This document shows positions 59,862-64,000 of a stretch of 64,000 nucleotides of DNA, one piece after another. Position numbers and translations under genes: made by a program. Below the pieces are notes generated by a model. It had not been told where the DNA came from and ran no database searches. It saw only the letters and a program-made list of their open reading frames with translations. Source of the stretch: Lautropia sp. (GTDB lineage: Bacteria > Pseudomonadota > Gammaproteobacteria > Burkholderiales > Burkholderiaceae_E); contig JAUMUG010000007.1 in NCBI GenBank assembly GCA_030530775.1, positions 10,690-74,689 on the forward strand. The letters run 5' to 3'. Position 1 is the first letter of the stretch. Each line of letters opens with the position of its first letter.

Positions 59862-60772
59862 CAGACCTGCTGAATACCGGCCAGCACCCAGCCGGATGCA
59901 CCGGAGACGGGACGCGTGAAATTCCAGACCTCCTCGAAGCGTTCGGCCGGAGCATCGGCTTCTTCCCGGATCATGCCGGAGAACAGGACACTGGCCGTCT
60001 GCATGACGCCTTCCTGATTCACCCCCAGCAAACGACCATCCAGCTCCACCACATCGGTGGTCTGGGTGGCATCGCCCCGCTGCATCAGGTCGACATTCAG
60101 CTCGGCAAACATCTCCGGCGAGGTGAACTCACGCAAATCGTCGGCATTGCGAGCATCGAAAGCGGCCTGCAGGCGCACGAACTGCACTTTTGCCTGGCGG
60201 ACGAAACCTTCTGCGTCGAAACCAGCCGGCAAAGTACCCGCAGCAGCAGTAGTCACGCCGCCGGCAACCGGTGCAGCAGCCTCCCCCATTTGCGGCACAG
60301 CGGGCCGGGCCACGCCGGCCTCCCGGTTCATGGTGGTGGAGTCGTGGGGCCCATTCTGCTGAAACGCCCCTCCGGCACCGCCGGCACCGGCAGCCGCTGC
60401 CCTGTTGGCCTGATTACGGGCCGCAAACATCCGGAAAGCGACCAGCGCCAGAATACCCATCAACAGGATCAGCAGAAAGACGCCGAAACCTTCACCAAAG
60501 CCCAGCGCCGAAGCCAGAGCGGCCAGACCCAGACCCGCAGCCAACCCGGCCAGGGGGCCTGCCCAACGACGAGCACCACCGTTGGCCGCGGCTGCGCCCT
60601 GTGCACCGGCTGCCGGGGCGGCGCTCTGCGCCGGTGGCGCAGCCTGACGTTGAACCGTGCTGTTCTGTTTACCCACACTGCGGCCACCACCCATACGCCT
60701 GGCATCGGCGTCGTCCATCAGAAACACCGAGCTGCAGAGCACGACCATCAGCATCATCAAAAATCTCTTCAT
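59861..60772 (-). CDS. Tim44-like domain membrane protein
   Basis: Signal/TM segment, Ala/Gly-rich linker, C-terminal Tim44-like NTF2 fold (...FDAEGFVRQAKVQFVRLQAAFDARNADDLREFTSPEMFAEL...). Conserved ubiE–Tim44-like–ubiJ context. Confidence 0.7.
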   Translation of the reverse strand: MKRFLMMLMVVLCSSVFLMDDADARRMGGGRSVGKQNSTVQRQAAPPAQSAAPAAGAQGAAAANGGARRWAGPLAGLAAGLGLAALASALGFGEGFGVFLLILLMGILALVAFRMFAARNQANRAAAAGAGGAGGAFQQNGPHDSTTMNREAGVARPAVPQMGEAAAPVAGGVTTAAAGTLPAGFDAEGFVRQAKVQFVRLQAAFDARNADDLREFTSPEMFAELNVDLMQRGDATQTTDVVELDGRLLGVNQEGVMQTASVLFSGMIREEADAPAERFEEVWNFTRPVSGASGWVLAGIQQV

Positions 60773-60951
60773 CTAGCACCCTCTTGTCAAACAAAGCCTA
60801 TGTTTCGTCAATCTCGCCGGATTTTTCGCTGACCCGCTCGTTTCTGGCGCCCTTGATCCACGTGAATGTAGGGGCAAGTGCCCGGAAAAACAACTGTCGG
60901 GAAACAGAAAACCGCACGACACGGGAGAAACCACGAGCCGTCGGACGATCA

Positions 60952-61692
60952 TCAATTCAAACGAATACCCTGATGCAGCGCTACGACCCCCGCCGTCAGG
61001 TTGAAATACTGAACCTGCGAGAAGCCGGCGGTGCGGAACATGCCGGCCAGGGTTTCCTGATCTGGATGCATACGGATCGATTCGGCCAAATAGCGATAGC
61101 TGTCCGAATCGTTGGCGACCAACTTGCCGATCACCGGCAACACGCCGAAGGAGAAGGCGTCGTAGGGCCGCTTGAGCGGTTCCCAGACCCTGGAGAATTC
61201 GAGAATGAGCGCCTTGCCACCCGATTTGAGCACGCGGTGGATCTCGCTCAACGCCCGGTCCTTGTCGGTCATGTTGCGCAGGCCGAAGGCCAGCGTCACC
61301 CGATCGAAGTACCTGTCCGGAAACGGCAACCTTTCGGCATCGCACTGAACGGTGGGCAGCACCAGCCCGTCATTCAGCGCCCGGTCACGCCCCACCTGCA
61401 GCATGGCGGCGTTGATGTCGGTCATCCAGACTTCGACACCGGTTTTTTTGGCCATGGCACGCGCCAGATCGCCGCTGCCGGTGGCCAGATCGAGCACCCG
61501 CATGCCGGGACGCAACGCTGCCTGTCCCACTGTGAAGTATTTCCAGAGCCGGTGCAAACCGCCCGACATCAGGTCATTCATCAGATCGTAACGGGTCGCC
61601 ACCGAGTCGAAGACGCCGCGAACCTTTCCAGCCTTCTCTGAAGCTTCGACCTGCTGATAACCGAAATGTGTTTGTTTGCGCGCGTCCGACAA
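60952..61692 (-). CDS. ubiE: ubiquinone/menaquinone C-methyltransferase
   Basis: ...[25 protein letters not shown]..., SAM motif [12 protein letters not shown], ...[15 protein letters not shown]... TTG start preceded by AGGGAG RBS. Confidence 0.9.
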   Translation of the reverse strand: MSDARKQTHFGYQQVEASEKAGKVRGVFDSVATRYDLMNDLMSGGLHRLWKYFTVGQAALRPGMRVLDLATGSGDLARAMAKKTGVEVWMTDINAAMLQVGRDRALNDGLVLPTVQCDAERLPFPDRYFDRVTLAFGLRNMTDKDRALSEIHRVLKSGGKALILEFSRVWEPLKRPYDAFSFGVLPVIGKLVANDSDSYRYLAESIRMHPDQETLAGMFRTAGFSQVQYFNLTAGVVALHQGIRLN

Positions 61693-61715
61693 GACCTTCT
61701 CCCTTTAGCGAAATC

Positions 61716-62084
61716 TCAACGACTCAAACCCCGGCTGGCCAGCACGTCCAGATACTGCTGCCAGAGCTTATCCTTGTCCCGCCCCAGCTGGTACAGATAG
61801 TCCCACGAATACAGACCCGACGAATGCCCATCACTGAACACGGGCCGGATGGCATAGTGACCGACCGGCTCCAGTTCTTCGATCAGCACATCCCGTTTGC
61901 CGATCTGCAGCACGGCCTGCTCGGGAGTATGCCCCTGCACATCCGCCGATGGGGAATGCACGCGCAGGAACTCGAAACTGAAGCGAAAGACCCGGCCATC
62001 ATCGAACTCGATTTCGAGCTCCCGCGAACGCTGATGCATCACGATGTTGATCGGGGTTGGTGTATTTACGTCTAAACCAGCCAT
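61716..62084 (-). CDS. DUF971 (gamma-butyrobetaine-hydroxylase-N-terminal-like) family protein
   Basis: ...LEIEFDDGRVFRFSFEFLRVHSPSA... and ...GHYAIRPVFSDGHSSGLYSWDYLYQLG... are characteristic of DUF971. Start trimmed to MAGLDVN. Confidence 0.6.
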   Translation of the reverse strand: MAGLDVNTPTPINIVMHQRSRELEIEFDDGRVFRFSFEFLRVHSPSADVQGHTPEQAVLQIGKRDVLIEELEPVGHYAIRPVFSDGHSSGLYSWDYLYQLGRDKDKLWQQYLDVLASRGLSR

Positions 62085-62282
62085 GGCCACGGTCTTTGAG
62101 GACGGAGTTTCGCTGCCCTTTTGGCATACTGTGGCTCGACAGGCAACTCGTCGGCCGCTATCCGGCGATAGTAACCGATCCACCTGTCTGACCGCGCAAA
62201 AAGTCGTCATCGCATTGACCCAGTGACGATCAGGGATCAGGGAACGCCTGCCGTCCCGGTCCGTCGCTTTTCTGGAGTCGTT

Positions 62283-62870
62283 ATGTCATCCAACCGCATG
62301 CCCCACCGTTTCATTTCGCTCTCCACGGCCTTGATATCGGGTTTGCTGCTCGCAGCCTGTGGCAGCCTGCCCTCCGACGGCAGCACATCGACCCAAGGTG
62401 CCACCCCTGCTGCGCAGCAGACCACCCGACAGGCCGCCCATGCCCGGACAGAGCCCCAGGTGACCCCGGACGACAGCATCGTCACGGCCTCGGGTACCGG
62501 CAGCCACGCCGTGGTCACGGAGACGTTGAACTGCGTACCCACCAAGGAAGCTCAGGCACAGGGATTGGTCAAGACCGAACGGGTCGTTGCAGCCTATCAG
62601 GTACCGGGCGAACAGGAAGCGGGCGAAGCATCGGTTCGCCTGACCATCGACGGCAAGACCTTCACCCTGCGCGAAGCGCCGTCGGCCTCGGGCTCCCGCT
62701 ATGTCGGAGGCGACAGCCTGATCGCCGGACAGCGGGGGTTTTCGTGGCACACCAAGCGCAACGAAGCCATCCTGTCCGGGCTGCTGGCCGGGGGCAGTGT
62801 CGATTCGGTGATCGACGGTCCGCTGCTCTACCGCTGCACGAGAGCGGCCAGCTCCCCTTCCAGCCAATGA
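62283..62870 (+). CDS. mliC: MliC-family lipoprotein (membrane-bound lysozyme inhibitor of C-type lysozyme)
   Basis: Lipobox LLLAACGS. MliC motif region ...SASGSRYVGGDSLIAGQRGFSWHTKRNEAIL... with a conserved Cys pair. Confidence 0.6.
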   Translation: MSSNRMPHRFISLSTALISGLLLAACGSLPSDGSTSTQGATPAAQQTTRQAAHARTEPQVTPDDSIVTASGTGSHAVVTETLNCVPTKEAQAQGLVKTERVVAAYQVPGEQEAGEASVRLTIDGKTFTLREAPSASGSRYVGGDSLIAGQRGFSWHTKRNEAILSGLLAGGSVDSVIDGPLLYRCTRAASSPSSQ

Positions 62871-63283
62871 CGCAGACTCGGCATCGCCGCCTCGACACGG
62901 GTGGCGATCTGCTGCAAGGCGACCGAGTCCGCCCGGCGTTGCCGGGCGGACCAGGCCGAACCGGGGAACTGCGGATCATCTGCCCAACGGCCGATGACGT
63001 GCCAGTGCAGATGCGGCACCTGATTGCCAAAGCTGGCCAGATTGATCTTGTCTGGTGAAAGAAAACGTCGCATGCCCTGCTCCAACACGGTCAGCACCTG
63101 CCACAAATACTGGCGGTCGGCATCGGCCAGATCGGTCATCTCGGCCAAGTGCCCCTGCCAGATGACCCGGAAGTAAGCGTGCTGACCGGGCTCGTCCTCC
63201 ACCCGGATGATGCGTAGACGCTCATCCGAATGCAGCAGCCGTTCGGCCACCGGATGACAGAGGGGACAAGCGGGACGGCTCAT
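62828..63283 (-). CDS. HIT-family (histidine triad) protein
   Basis: Zn-ribbon-like CPLCH N-terminus and histidine triad ...VPHLHWHVIGR... Confidence 0.75.
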   Translation of the reverse strand: MSRPACPLCHPVAERLLHSDERLRIIRVEDEPGQHAYFRVIWQGHLAEMTDLADADRQYLWQVLTVLEQGMRRFLSPDKINLASFGNQVPHLHWHVIGRWADDPQFPGSAWSARQRRADSVALQQIATRVEAAMPSLRHWLEGELAALVQR

Positions 63284-64000
63284 TTCGGCTCATCCTTGCT
63301 CGCTACGCCTTTGGCCTTGGCCTGCAGCGCATCCCTGGGCAGCACCATCATATAGCTGTCGATGTCCAACTCGCTGCCCGACCCCCAGTTGGAGTTGAAA
63401 AGCACACGGGTGAAGTCCGGATTGACGGTGGCCTGCGGCTCACTCCAATAGCCGTTGAACCGTACATGATGGTAGCCAAGACCACGGATCGACGGATCGG
63501 CCTCCAGGCTCATCGCCATGATTTTTTCGTGCAACCACAGACGCCGACCATCCCGTGCATAGGTCGATACCAGCACCCACCCGGGCCGTCTATGGGCACG
63601 ACCGGAGAAATGCATGGCGGTCGCCGTACCGTCCAGATAGGTCCGGAACAGCACGGTGCGCTTGCCGGTCTCAATGTCGGTCATGAACACATCGCCATGC
63701 TTGCTCTGGTAGTCGATGGAGACATAGACCTCACGACCGTCGGCATCGAAGGCCAGATCGGAATGTTCCGATTTGTGATGCAGCTCGGTGAATCGCTTGA
63801 AGTCCCGCGTCCAGGCCCGAGTGCCGACACCCGGTGTATCGCCCGACACCACACAGCGGCTGCCCGCAGGGCTCATGCTGACGTGATCCGGTCGATCACC
63901 TTTGGTGTCCATCGTGCCCAGAATGCTGTCGGTCTGCATGTCCCAGGTGAACACACCCAGTGAATTCCATTGGGCATCATCGACCATGAAACACCAATAG
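63280..64000 (-). CDS. hypothetical beta-propeller-like protein (C-terminal part; N-terminus beyond window end)
   Basis: ORF continues without a stop past position 64000. Product is rich in W/G/D repeats (...GVFTWDMQTD..., ...VYVSIDYQSKHGDVFMTDIETGK...). ATGA overlap with the HIT gene. Confidence 0.45.
   Translation of the reverse strand, partial: YWCFMVDDAQWNSLGVFTWDMQTDSILGTMDTKGDRPDHVSMSPAGSRCVVSGDTPGVGTRAWTRDFKRFTELHHKSEHSDLAFDADGREVYVSIDYQSKHGDVFMTDIETGKRTVLFRTYLDGTATAMHFSGRAHRRPGWVLVSTYARDGRRLWLHEKIMAMSLEADPSIRGLGYHHVRFNGYWSEPQATVNPDFTRVLFNSNWGSGSELDIDSYMMVLPRDALQAKAKGVASKDEPK

Overview
High-GC (~65%) proteobacterial chromosomal segment, probably betaproteobacterial. The ubiE–Tim44-like–ubiJ and rpe–gph–trpE arrangements and a complete clade-I nos operon point that way. 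Most of the window is housekeeping: a dpp/opp-like ABC peptide transporter fragment, rpe–gph–trpE, apaG, mltA, dsbC-like, a ubiH-family hydroxylase, tRNA-Phe, uup, a Pat-like acetyltransferase, pepP, an asparaginase, ubiE/ubiJ, mliC and a HIT protein. Two accessory-looking stretches stand out.

1. ~13.3–22.0 kb is a nitrous-oxide reductase cluster in the order nosZ-nosR-nosD-nosF-nosY-nosL. NosZ carries a Tat signal followed by a lipobox, there is an FNR/DNR-type box upstream, and NosR and NosF both have C-terminal extensions.

2. ~23–48.5 kb is a mosaic: a degenerate low-GC patch with tandem repeats, a pair of predicted extracellular oxidase genes, and a Wzx/Wzy-type exopolysaccharide locus. 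The locus carries GT4, GT14-like and GT2 glycosyltransferases, Wzx, a Wzy-like polymerase with a long disordered tail, and a split chain-length-determinant/BY-kinase pair of the PEP-CTERM EpsF/EpsG type separated by a 1-kb non-coding leader. Embedded in it is a large lipoprotein with five ~95-aa tandem repeats and a C-terminal domain that is paralogous to a small secreted protein near the dpp operon (4185–5012). That lipoprotein and its paralog family are the most likely undescribed element here.

Many long ORFs antisense to real genes are GC-driven artefacts and were rejected. Protein identities rest on motif recognition by eye, not on a database search.
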